Below are positions 1-9,466 of a stretch of 64,000 nucleotides of DNA, in pieces (the first letter of the stretch is position 1; each line of letters starts with the position of its first letter). Position numbers and translations under genes: made by a program. The stretch lies in NCBI GenBank assembly GCA_029838195.1, contig JALGVJ010000001.1:96001-160000 (forward strand). Direction: 5' to 3'. The notes below the pieces were generated by a model, which saw nothing but the letters and a program-made list of their open reading frames with translations, was not told where the DNA came from and ran no database searches. Source of the stretch: Promethearchaeota archaeon. GTDB taxonomy: Archaea; Asgardarchaeota; Lokiarchaeia; Sigyniarchaeales; SOKP01.

Positions 1-56
1 ATAATAATGTTATATGCCGTAATTCTTTTTTTAGAATGAGCCTTGAGCATCGAATA

Positions 57-1565
57 TCATGTTCCGGGAAGATTAAGGGAATCTTTCGATTGATCTAACC
101 CTTCTGCTATTTGATAATCTTCCATCGTTCGCTTGCTCACCATCTTAGTGTATTCTTTAATCTTCTTTTCAAGTTCGGGAGATAAACCGGGCCCTTTCTG
201 GGTTTGGAGGATCTCGTTGACTTTCAAGCGAGCTCTTTCCATCATCGTGGTACCACCTTGTCTTAACCATGCCCCCCTTCTCTGCCGATCTGCCAATTGC
301 GGCACGAATAATTCCTTTCTCGTATTTTTTGCGGTATGCCTCAAGCTTAAATAATTCTTCCCGCTTAAAGCAATTTCCTTGATCTGTTCAATGGCTAAAG
401 CCTCTTCATCCATGCGAATTCCTTCTAACCCCCGCATGACGATGCTTATCAGCTCATCATCTATAACCAGCAATTCAAACGCTTCCGAAAGAGAACTCTC
501 GTAGGTACCCGCGCATGTTATGTAATTGATTCCCGCTTGAGAAGAAAAAAATAGTGTCATGAGTCTCTCATGGCCATTCTGAATATCGAAGCATTTGGAT
601 TCCGTCACGCAGCCCGGACCCCGTGAAGGAATGCCATAAAAACGGGCTAATTGTGCCATTCCTGCCGTAATTAACCCTGTTTCAACTGAACCCCACGCCA
701 CATTTCCCGTAACAGGATCCATGGGCGCACTCATGGTAGAATAAAGAATTGGAGTACCAGAATTGATGAGTTGAGCAAGTACCACGGAGGAAAGAATTTC
801 CATGTTGGATTGGATTAACACACCTGCTAAAGTCACGGGGGCTGTAGCTCCCGCACTTGCCGCAGGCGCAATTATGAGTGGTTGATTGTATTTAGCAAAA
901 ATGAATAATCCGTTTAACATTATTCGAGTAAGATGAAGCGGACTTGTCGGATTGAAAAAACCTATCAAGCGTGGACGTTTTCTGAGTTCATCCTCTCCTC
1001 CTACAATCATGGATGTTAAATTCATCATGTCTTGACTGGCAACTCGTCCATAACATCCAAGACCGTAAGGCTTATGCGAATGTTTAGCCCATACTCTAAT
1101 GGCGTGGCAATGTAATTGCAAATAGGGGACATCATTCGGCCACACGTCAACATGACTCGCTATAATATTTTTTAAACTATCTACTATTCGAATTTGGTTA
1201 ATAGTATCTTCTAACACGCTCTTACGTACCCCTTTTTTCTTCGAAAGATCATGCATTTTAACCGGCGTGCCGACCGTGGCATGATGGATGGAATTCGTAT
1301 CAATTTTTACTTGAAAAGAACCATCGGGCCCGTATAAGGTAAAAGCATTTGGAACTTTTTTTAACTGCTCTTCCACCAAAGTTCGGGGAAATTTAATAAA
1401 AATGCTGTTTTCCCTTGTATCGGGAAGAGCTCCGTTATTAATTAATAGTTCACGAGCTTCTTCGGATTCTACTTTTACTCCCACTTCTTCTAATAAATTT
1501 AAAGTAGAGTCATGGATTACTCTTATTTCTTGTTCCGAAAGTACTTCCATTTTTTTCATCTTCAA
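57..1565 (-). CDS. Trimethylamine methyltransferase (MttB) superfamily protein, non-pyrrolysine
   Basis: 502 aa with MttB-type N-terminus (LSEQEIRVIHDSTLNLLEEVGVKV), GATAPVTLAG, GTPILY and ESKCFDIQNGHE. No in-frame TAG; Val at the Pyl-equivalent position. Confidence 0.9.
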   Translation of the reverse strand: MKMKKMEVLSEQEIRVIHDSTLNLLEEVGVKVESEEARELLINNGALPDTRENSIFIKFPRTLVEEQLKKVPNAFTLYGPDGSFQVKIDTNSIHHATVGTPVKMHDLSKKKGVRKSVLEDTINQIRIVDSLKNIIASHVDVWPNDVPYLQLHCHAIRVWAKHSHKPYGLGCYGRVASQDMMNLTSMIVGGEDELRKRPRLIGFFNPTSPLHLTRIMLNGLFIFAKYNQPLIIAPAASAGATAPVTLAGVLIQSNMEILSSVVLAQLINSGTPILYSTMSAPMDPVTGNVAWGSVETGLITAGMAQLARFYGIPSRGPGCVTESKCFDIQNGHERLMTLFFSSQAGINYITCAGTYESSLSEAFELLVIDDELISIVMRGLEGIRMDEEALAIEQIKEIALSGKNYLSLRHTAKNTRKELFVPQLADRQRRGAWLRQGGTTMMERARLKVNEILQTQKGPGLSPELEKKIKEYTKMVSKRTMEDYQIAEGLDQSKDSLNLPGT

Positions 1566-1757
1566 GAATTTTTCACCAACATGTTCGTGTTAAAAAGAGT
1601 AATTGCTCATTATCCTTGATAATATTACATGCTTCTTAAATGCTAAAAATTCCGTTTTATGTTTTCCCGAATTATTTTGAAAAAGTTTTTTTGTCAATGG
1701 AATTTAAGTGATATTAAAAATTTAATTGCTTAAAAATTGATACACGAGTTAAAAAAA

Positions 1758-2408
1758 ATGAGTCTGGAAGAAGATATTAAAACTTCTATCTTAGAATTTG
1801 ATGAAGATGGATTAAAAAAAAGGATTGAAACTGCTCTCTCCACGAAAGAAGCAGATCCGCTAACCATTCTCAAGATTATCGGGAATGTTATGACTTTAGT
1901 AGGAGATAAATTTGAAAAGGAAGAATATTTCTTGCCCGAATTAATCATGAGCGCCAATATCGTGAAATCTGCTATTGATGAAATATTGGATCCCGCTCTG
2001 AGGAACACAGGACAGAAAAAAGAATCTTTGGGCAAGGTCGTTATCGGAACCGTAGAAGGCGACGTTCATTCAATAGGAAAAGACCTCATTGCTTCTTTCT
2101 TGTTTTCCAATGGATTCGAAGTGTACAATCTGGGAGAAGAAGTGCCCGCTGAAAAATTTATTAATAAAGCAGAGGAAGTAAATGCCCATATCATTGGTCT
2201 AAGCTCCTTGCTCACGATGTCCATGGATTTCCAAAGGCAGGTCATCCAAGAATTAAAAAAGCGAGAGCTCCGAGATAAATATAAAGTAATTGTCGGTGGC
2301 AGTCCTACTTCGGAAGAATGGGCGGAGCAAATTGGCGCCGATGGATGGGCGGATGATGCTCTTGAGACCGTGGCCCTTGTTAAAAAATTATTAAATATAA
2401 ATGAATAA
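1758..2408 (+). CDS. Methyltransferase corrinoid protein (MttC/MtbC-like B12-binding)
   Basis: B12 cap domain (YFLPELIMSA), DxHxxG motif (GDVHSIGK), GLSSLLT and IGADG. The ORF is open from 1737; ATG 1758 is the likelier start. Confidence 0.92.
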   Translation: MSLEEDIKTSILEFDEDGLKKRIETALSTKEADPLTILKIIGNVMTLVGDKFEKEEYFLPELIMSANIVKSAIDEILDPALRNTGQKKESLGKVVIGTVEGDVHSIGKDLIASFLFSNGFEVYNLGEEVPAEKFINKAEEVNAHIIGLSSLLTMSMDFQRQVIQELKKRELRDKYKVIVGGSPTSEEWAEQIGADGWADDALETVALVKKLLNINE

Positions 2409-3960
2409 ATTACAAGAAAGAGAACATGTCATGAAATTCAAGCGAATAGATTTGTTTTCGAAAGATGAGATTGAAGAGATTCACGGTGCCAGCATGCAAC
2501 TTCTCTCAGAAGTGGGTATGAAAGTAGATTCTGAGGAAACACGTGTCCTCTTAGCTAAAAACGGGGCTATAGTAGATGAAAAATCTAATTTCGTGCGTTT
2601 TCCGGAATCTTTAATTAAAGAAAAACTAAAAACCGTTCCGAATTCCTTCACCTTATATGGTCCAAACGAATCATTTCATTTTGAAGTGAACACGACAAGT
2701 ACTCAATTCGGAACTATCGGTACTCCCGTAAAAATATATGACCCCCAAAGCAAAAAGGGAGTACGCAAGACCGTGATGGAAGATACCATCAAGCAGATTC
2801 GCATAGTGGACAGCTTAAAACACGTCATGGCTTCTCACGTTGATGTATGGCCAAATGATATTAATTATTTAGCCCTTCACGTGCATTGCATTTATCAATG
2901 GGCGAAAAATACGAAAAAAGCTTATGGTTTAGGATGTATTGGGAAATTAGCTTCGCAAGATATGATGAACATGGTGTCTATTGTAGCGGGAGGAGAGGAA
3001 GAAATAATTAAAAAGCCCCGCCTCATAGGGTTCATGAATCCCACATCTCCTTTACATTTGCCCCAAATCATGACGAATGGCTTTTCTATTTTCACGAAAT
3101 ATAAACAGCCAACCATTATCGCTCCCGAAGCGCTTGCAGGAACCTCTTCACCCATCACCATTGCTGGTCTCTTAGCCCAAACTAATGCTGAAATCGTGGC
3201 AAGTGTAGTTTTATCTCAAATCTATAATCCGGGAGCGCCTGTTTTTTTTGGCACGGTCTCCCACGTGACGGACATGAAAACGGGGAATTCTGCCATCGGT
3301 TCCGTTGAAACAGGGTTAATTTCCGGAGGAATTGCGCAATTAGCACGTTTTTATGGCATTCCTTCACGGGGACCTGGAGCTGTTACAGATTCTAAATTAT
3401 TAGATCTCCAAAATGGCATGGAAAGAATGCAAACGTTAATGTGGGCTGCATTGACGGGCATAAATTACGTCACGTGTGCGGGAACTTTCGAAGCAACTTT
3501 AAGTGAGGCACTGGAATTATTAGTGATTGATGATGAATTGATAGGAATGATAAAACGGGCATTAGAAGGAGTAGAGGTAAATGAAGATACGTTGGCGGTA
3601 GATTTGATAAAAAAAATTGCTTTGAGTGAAAAAAAAGGGTCGAACTTTTTAGGGGAAATGCATACCATGAAATACATGAAAAAAGAGTTATACATGGCTT
3701 CTTTATTGGATAGAAATAGGAGAAACACCTGGTATAAAAAAGGTTCTAAAGACCTCATTCAGGTGGCACGAGAAAAAGTGGAACAAATTCTTCAAACATA
3801 TGAACCTCCTGAACTAGATCCTACTATAGAGGCGAAGTTAAAAGAATATATTAAAGAGGTAGAAGCAAGAACTTTTGAATATTATAAGAAAGTAGAGGGA
3901 ATCACGTCGGGCTCGGTGTCGATAAGCGGAGTCACGGAGATCAAATCAGATGATGCATGA
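2401..3960 (+). CDS. Second MttB superfamily methyltransferase, non-pyrrolysine
   Basis: Close paralogue of 57..1565 (shared GTPVK..KGVRK, SHVDVWPND, GIPSRGPG). Overlaps the corrinoid gene by 8 nt. Confidence 0.9.
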   Translation: MNKLQEREHVMKFKRIDLFSKDEIEEIHGASMQLLSEVGMKVDSEETRVLLAKNGAIVDEKSNFVRFPESLIKEKLKTVPNSFTLYGPNESFHFEVNTTSTQFGTIGTPVKIYDPQSKKGVRKTVMEDTIKQIRIVDSLKHVMASHVDVWPNDINYLALHVHCIYQWAKNTKKAYGLGCIGKLASQDMMNMVSIVAGGEEEIIKKPRLIGFMNPTSPLHLPQIMTNGFSIFTKYKQPTIIAPEALAGTSSPITIAGLLAQTNAEIVASVVLSQIYNPGAPVFFGTVSHVTDMKTGNSAIGSVETGLISGGIAQLARFYGIPSRGPGAVTDSKLLDLQNGMERMQTLMWAALTGINYVTCAGTFEATLSEALELLVIDDELIGMIKRALEGVEVNEDTLAVDLIKKIALSEKKGSNFLGEMHTMKYMKKELYMASLLDRNRRNTWYKKGSKDLIQVAREKVEQILQTYEPPELDPTIEAKLKEYIKEVEARTFEYYKKVEGITSGSVSISGVTEIKSDDA

Positions 3961-4153
3961 AAAAGGAAAAATTAACATGTAAAAAATGCCGCAAGGATCG
4001 AATTAACGAGGAGATAAAGGGTAAAATGGAATACGTGATTTTTTCTTTTTCTATTATAAGTTAATTAATTTTTTTTTATTTGAGGGGCAAGAAAAGCGGG
4101 AAAAAATCATCCAAAAAATTAATATTAAATTGAATATTTTAGTACCTTGTAAC

Positions 4154-4648
4154 ATGTCAGTAACCGCTATTAGGCCTAAAAATTTTAAAGAAAAAATATT
4201 CTTTCGCAAGTTAAGAACGCAAGTAGACGGAAACGCTAAAATGGAATACGCACTCACTCAAATTAGGGGAGTGGGAAGAAGATTTGCTCAAGCTATAGTT
4301 AAGGTGGCAGAAATCGATCCAAGAGCACGAATAGGCACGATTTCGGAAAAAGAATTAAATCTACTCGAAGACATAATACTGAATCCTAAGGAACACGGAA
4401 TTCCTTCTTTTCTATTAAACCGCAAAAAAGATCCACGCACGGGAGAAGATTTACAAGTCGTGGGAAACCAACTGGAGATTACCGTGAAACGCGATATTGA
4501 TAAAATGAAAAGAATTAAAAGCTATAAGGGCGTTCGCCACTACTTGGGATTAAAAGTACGAGGACAGCGTACGAAAAGTACGGGAAGACACGGTCTTGTC
4601 GTGGGCGTTATAAGAAGAAAACAAAAGCAACAAAAAGGGAAAAAGTAA
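4154..4648 (+). CDS. rps13: 30S ribosomal protein uS13
   Basis: ALTQIRGVGRRFA, LNRKKDPRTGED, SYKGVRHYLGLKVRGQRTKSTGR. ATG 4154 preferred over TTG 4130. Confidence 0.97.
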   Translation: MSVTAIRPKNFKEKIFFRKLRTQVDGNAKMEYALTQIRGVGRRFAQAIVKVAEIDPRARIGTISEKELNLLEDIILNPKEHGIPSFLLNRKKDPRTGEDLQVVGNQLEITVKRDIDKMKRIKSYKGVRHYLGLKVRGQRTKSTGRHGLVVGVIRRKQKQQKGKK

Positions 4649-4661
4649 AAAGGTGATTATC

Positions 4662-5171
4662 ATGGGAGACCCAAGGAGATTAAAAAAAAAATACAAAAAA
4701 CCGAGACATCCTTTTGAAAAATCAAGAATCTTAGAAGAGCTTGAATTTTTAGGGAAATATGGATTGAGAAACAAACGCGAGTTTTGGAAAATGCGCTCGA
4801 TCTTGAGCAATTGGAGAAACATCGCACGACAGTCGAGGGCTCTGCCTAAAGAAAGAGCTATCGAAGTGCAGCAGACTTTATTAAGAAAACTTAATCGTTT
4901 AGGAATTATTGGGCCGGAAGCAGAATTTGAAGATGTCCTACTGTTGACTGTCGAAGATGTCTTAAAGAGGCGCTTACAAACGCTAGTGTATGAAAAAGGT
5001 TTAGCCAAGACTATCAATCACGCTCGTCAATTAATAGTTCACGGGCATATTCAAGTAGGAAATAAAAAAATAACCTCTCCCTCTTATTTAGTAAAATTAG
5101 AGGAAGATGATTTGATCACGTATGCGCCAAACAGTCCCTTAGCAGGGAAAAAAGTGGAAGAAGCGACATGA
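4662..5171 (+). CDS. rps4: 30S ribosomal protein uS4
   Basis: MGDP..KKKYKKPRHP, YGLRNKRE, RRLQTLV, ARQLIVHGHI. GGTGA SD-like motif at 4652. Confidence 0.97.
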   Translation: MGDPRRLKKKYKKPRHPFEKSRILEELEFLGKYGLRNKREFWKMRSILSNWRNIARQSRALPKERAIEVQQTLLRKLNRLGIIGPEAEFEDVLLLTVEDVLKRRLQTLVYEKGLAKTINHARQLIVHGHIQVGNKKITSPSYLVKLEEDDLITYAPNSPLAGKKVEEAT

Positions 5172-5184
5172 AAATTAGTAATTA

Positions 5185-5613
5185 ATGAAAAAACAATGGA
5201 GTAATATTAAAATGAGTGAAAAAACCACAAAGAATAGATGGGCTATTGTTCATATCTTTTCTTCTTATAATAATACAATTGTTACCGCAACTGACCTTTC
5301 GGGACAAGAAACCTTTTCAAAATGCTCCGGTGGCATGGTCGTTAAAGCAGATAGAGATGAGAGCAATCCTTATGCTGCCATGCAATGCGGCTTTCGTGTT
5401 GCGAATGACTTATTGGACAAAGGCATTGGAGCTGTTCACATAAAAGTCAGGGCTCCTGGAGGGAATAAATCCCAAACACCTGGACCGGGAGCTCAAGCTT
5501 GCATTCGTGCATTAGCACGAGCTGGACTTCATATTGGACGGATTGAAGAGGTAACACCCAAGTCTCATGATCATTGTCGTAGAAAAGGAGGACATCGAGG
5601 CAGGCGAGTATGA
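5185..5613 (+). CDS. rps11: 30S ribosomal protein uS11
   Basis: [43 protein letters not shown] and GRRV C-terminus. The start may be ATG 5212. Confidence 0.97.
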   Translation: MKKQWSNIKMSEKTTKNRWAIVHIFSSYNNTIVTATDLSGQETFSKCSGGMVVKADRDESNPYAAMQCGFRVANDLLDKGIGAVHIKVRAPGGNKSQTPGPGAQACIRALARAGLHIGRIEEVTPKSHDHCRRKGGHRGRRV

Positions 5614-5893
5614 TTTATTTTTTAAAAATTTTTTATACCTCCTTTAAAATTCAATATTTTTGGAAGCGTTTCTTTTCACTGTAGTTGAAATTTTCGGGCT
5701 TGCAAGCATTCAGTTCGGAAGAAGAGAAATTATTTAGAAATAATTTTTCTTTAGAAATGCTACCAAGTAGAAGTTCATCTTAATCTTGTTAATGAATGGA
5801 AAATTTTATTAATTATTTTAGCAAAATTTACATGTTACGCTTTAATATTTTTTAATTCTATTATTTTGGTAAAATTTGGAGTATTATTTCCTT

Positions 5894-7060
5894 ATGAATT
5901 CTAAAATTAAATCGATTAAATTAACACCCGTCCATGTTCCGTTTAAACCTGCTGTAAAGAAAGCCATGGCAGAGAGCGAAGGTGGATTAGGCATGGCAAT
6001 TGGCGCTGAAGAGGCATGGTTGGGGGGAGATTTCGTTATATGTCAAATTTTTGATAACCAAGGAAACATGGGAGTGGGAGAAGTATTTTTATGGCTTCCG
6101 GAGACGGGAATATCCCCAGAACAACTCATCAGTACTATTAAATCAGGACTTTACAAGTATCTTATTGGAGAAAATCCATTTAACATTAGGAAGATAAATT
6201 ATCGCATGGACATTAATCTTGCTCGTAATGACGTGGCGAAGGGCTTGTTAGACATGGCATGTTACGATTTAATGGGACAAGTAGCAAATCTTTCTGCATG
6301 TGAGTTAATGGGAGGAAGATGTGCAGAAACGATTCCTTTGGCAGCTTTAATTCCCTTAGGTTCTCCCATGTTGATGAAAGGATTAGTTAGAAGCTACTAT
6401 AAAAAAGGATATCGCACGTTCAGGTTAAAATTGGGAAAGGGGATTCAAGATGATGTTGAGATCGTGAGTATGATTAGAAAAACTTTTGCTCATGAAATAC
6501 GGTTGCGCGTGGATTATAATCAAGCCTACACACCGGCACAAGCCATTCAAGCTATAAATGCAATTGAACCTTTTCAGATTGATTATGTCGAGCAACCCGT
6601 GAGGATTGATGATTACATTGGAATGGCTCGAGTTCAAAGAAATGTTAAAATCCCTTTATTATCTCATGAAGGCTGTTTTTCCCTTCAAGATTTCATAACG
6701 TTAGTAGAAATGGGTGCGGTAAAAGTTTTAGGTATTAATTCAGAACGGCCAGGAGGGGTTTCGAAAGCATTAGATGCGTTGATTTATGCCCGGATTAGGG
6801 GATTAGGCATCGTGCTTCATAACCAACCCTTAGGAATTTCTTCGGCCTTCCAACTACACCTTCATGCTTCTCATTATTATTCAATTGAACATGCAACCGA
6901 ATTATTCGGCCAAGAAATGCTGGAAGATGATTTAATTGTTAAACCGCTTGAAATATTTAATGGTAAAGCAAAAATACCTGAGGGACAAGGATGGGGTGTT
7001 AAGTTGGATGAGTCTGCGTTAGAGAAATATGCAGTCGCTCCTCCTGAATATTTAGAATAA
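5894..7060 (+). CDS. Enolase superfamily (mandelate racemase/muconate lactonizing enzyme) protein
   Basis: LDMACYDLMGQ capping motif, LRVDYNQ, EQP and C-terminal PEGQGWGVKLDE. Several catalytic positions are atypical (see findings). Confidence 0.88.
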   Translation: MNSKIKSIKLTPVHVPFKPAVKKAMAESEGGLGMAIGAEEAWLGGDFVICQIFDNQGNMGVGEVFLWLPETGISPEQLISTIKSGLYKYLIGENPFNIRKINYRMDINLARNDVAKGLLDMACYDLMGQVANLSACELMGGRCAETIPLAALIPLGSPMLMKGLVRSYYKKGYRTFRLKLGKGIQDDVEIVSMIRKTFAHEIRLRVDYNQAYTPAQAIQAINAIEPFQIDYVEQPVRIDDYIGMARVQRNVKIPLLSHEGCFSLQDFITLVEMGAVKVLGINSERPGGVSKALDALIYARIRGLGIVLHNQPLGISSAFQLHLHASHYYSIEHATELFGQEMLEDDLIVKPLEIFNGKAKIPEGQGWGVKLDESALEKYAVAPPEYLE

Positions 7061-7301
7061 GGGAGGAGAAAATATAGTAAATTAAAACAAAATCCAAATT
7101 AATGCATTTTCTTAATTATTTCTTCATTCTCATGGAATAAAATGATTTCATGTAAATCATTTTTCAAAATAACGTAATATAAGAAAAAATAGTACTTGTT
7201 TTTAAAATTCTTTACAAACATATAAAAAAAATTAAATTGATGAGTTTCTTTCTAAAGCATGTAAAGGATTTTTAGGAATTAAAGGGAAAAAATTATTATA
7301 A

Positions 7302-9362
7302 ATGAGTGAGAAATTGAAATTTAACTCTTTATTACAAGAGATTAAAGAAATTTACCTTTTGCTGACGGAAGGAGAACCTTCCCCTGATGATGAAATTGAA
7401 GCTCGGGAAAATTTTATTCGGTTCTTTAAAAATTTAAAACTGGTCACTTCCGATCCTAAACTTGAGATTTTAATTGATGAGTGTTTGGATAAACTAGAAA
7501 AATGGGACGTATTAGAATTATGGTTTGTTGAGGTGCCGGGTTTAAAAAAGTTAATTAAGCAAATTTTAGATCAAGCGGGCATTGAATTACCTGCTCAACA
7601 AGAACTCATTACCCCTACCCAAGAAAAGGTCGAATTTGAACCTATTAAAAAGGAGCGGGACGTGGACGTCGAGGAGGTTGTAGAAAAAATCACGGAACAA
7701 TTTACGTCTCAAATCAATGATTTAAAAAAAGAAATTGAACGGCTCCAACAAGAGCTAAAAAAAGGAGAAACACCCTCAGAGTCAATAAGAAGAGAATTAA
7801 AAGAGGAATTAAAAGAATTAAAAATAATGAAAAAAAGGGGAGAATCCCCCCCTATAAAAAAACCAAAATTATCTCCTCCTGAGATTAAATTACCTAGATT
7901 AAAAATTACGAAAACACCTCCTAAAATAGCTAGCGAAAAAGGAGAATCAGAAGATCTATTTTCTAAAAGATTAAAAAAAATACAAGATATTGCAGCTCCC
8001 TTTAAATTAGCCGTTTCGAAGGAGAAAAAAGGATCTCAAGAAGATATTCCAGCAGCCGAGGAAGAAAGTCAAAATTTACAACAAATCGATATGAGTTCGG
8101 AGAAGGAACAAGTGTTTCTGAAAGAGGATTCTGAAATTCAAGAACCAATAGAAAAAATGGTTCCTTCTCCTTCTCCTGCTTCTGAGGAAGTTGAAGATGC
8201 ACCTGAGGAAATAAATCCAGAAATATTAAAAACTCCGGAAAATATTAATACTAAAACCCAAGATTTATTAAATCTGGAAGAAACACTAAAGAAATTAGAA
8301 GAGTTAGAAAATTTAGATACTCTTGAATCAGAGAAAGAAGTTGGAGTTCCCGAGGCGGCACCAATAAATGAATTAGTTCAAAAATCTTCGGAAGATTTTC
8401 CTACTCTAGAGCTCAATGAGATTGAGGCTAAGGAAATACCAAGTATCTTGCCAGAACCCTCTCTCATTCCACCCCCTCCTCCAAAAACCGTTTCTCCTCC
8501 AGAAGAATTATCACCCGTGCCCCAAACTCCGTTTAAAGAAATAGAACATGAAGAAGATTTATCCCCAATTCCTAAAAAACCTCAAAAGGCAGCAATAAAC
8601 GTGGAGACTCCTCCAAGCAGAAAAATGCCAAAAATTTCGTTTGAAATTAAAGAAGAACCAATAGAGAGTAAACCATCAGAATCAACTCCATTTGTTGAGC
8701 CACGTTTTCCTAAAGAAAAAAAAATTCCTATCGTACCTGAAGTTATTGAAGAATCAATAGAAGCTTTCCAACCGGAAAAACCTCCTTTTATTCCAGAAAC
8801 AGAGACTGAAATCAAAACCGAAGAACCCGTGAAAAAAGAAGAACCATTAAGCCAACCATTTAATTTAATCGAATTAGGGAAGAAATTAGAATCAAAAACA
8901 GCTGAAAGTTCTAATTCTATTAAAACTACTAAGATTGATTTATTTGAAGCTTTTACATCGGTCGGAAAAAAACAAGTGAAAAAGAGCGAGAAAGGCACCG
9001 AATTTTTTAACCTTTCAAGGCAAAAGAAATTAGTCAAAGAAGAATCTAAAAGCGAACAAATTTCTCCTCCCCCTTTTTTTAAAGGTATTGGTGCGATCAA
9101 AAAAGAATCTCTTGAAGTTGATATAATTCCCATTAATATCGATGAGCTTCCCCGTGATAAAGATAAGTTATATCAAGAATTAATCGTTCATGAAGGCAAG
9201 AGATATAAACTCGAAAAGCTTTACAAAGAAGTGGAAGATAAACATGAAAGAGGAATGATAGATGATTTAGAATTTAAAAATGAGATCGGTCAATTGAAAA
9301 AGAAACTCAATCTTATTACCGAAATCATCAATGGAATAAGACAAGTTATATCAACATTATAA
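7302..9362 (+). CDS. Hypothetical protein: helical N-domain, coiled coil, long Pro/Glu-rich disordered region and C-terminal steadiness-box/SHOCT-like hairpin
   Basis: 686-aa ORF with clear compositional segmentation; C-terminal LYQEL..LE..RGMID..F pattern. Confidence 0.8.
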   Translation: MSEKLKFNSLLQEIKEIYLLLTEGEPSPDDEIEARENFIRFFKNLKLVTSDPKLEILIDECLDKLEKWDVLELWFVEVPGLKKLIKQILDQAGIELPAQQELITPTQEKVEFEPIKKERDVDVEEVVEKITEQFTSQINDLKKEIERLQQELKKGETPSESIRRELKEELKELKIMKKRGESPPIKKPKLSPPEIKLPRLKITKTPPKIASEKGESEDLFSKRLKKIQDIAAPFKLAVSKEKKGSQEDIPAAEEESQNLQQIDMSSEKEQVFLKEDSEIQEPIEKMVPSPSPASEEVEDAPEEINPEILKTPENINTKTQDLLNLEETLKKLEELENLDTLESEKEVGVPEAAPINELVQKSSEDFPTLELNEIEAKEIPSILPEPSLIPPPPPKTVSPPEELSPVPQTPFKEIEHEEDLSPIPKKPQKAAINVETPPSRKMPKISFEIKEEPIESKPSESTPFVEPRFPKEKKIPIVPEVIEESIEAFQPEKPPFIPETETEIKTEEPVKKEEPLSQPFNLIELGKKLESKTAESSNSIKTTKIDLFEAFTSVGKKQVKKSEKGTEFFNLSRQKKLVKEESKSEQISPPPFFKGIGAIKKESLEVDIIPINIDELPRDKDKLYQELIVHEGKRYKLEKLYKEVEDKHERGMIDDLEFKNEIGQLKKKLNLITEIINGIRQVISTL

Positions 9363-9466
9363 ATTAACTACTAACTAAGCCTTTTTTAGCTTGATATTAA
9401 ATTGAAAAACCTCGTTTTGATGTTGTATTTATTGAATTTAAAAGACTCTAAATACTATAATTATAC

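Noticed and set aside
57-3960. Pyrrolysine recoding in the MttB genes
   Set aside because: Both ORFs are continuous with no in-frame TAG; Val occupies the Pyl position.
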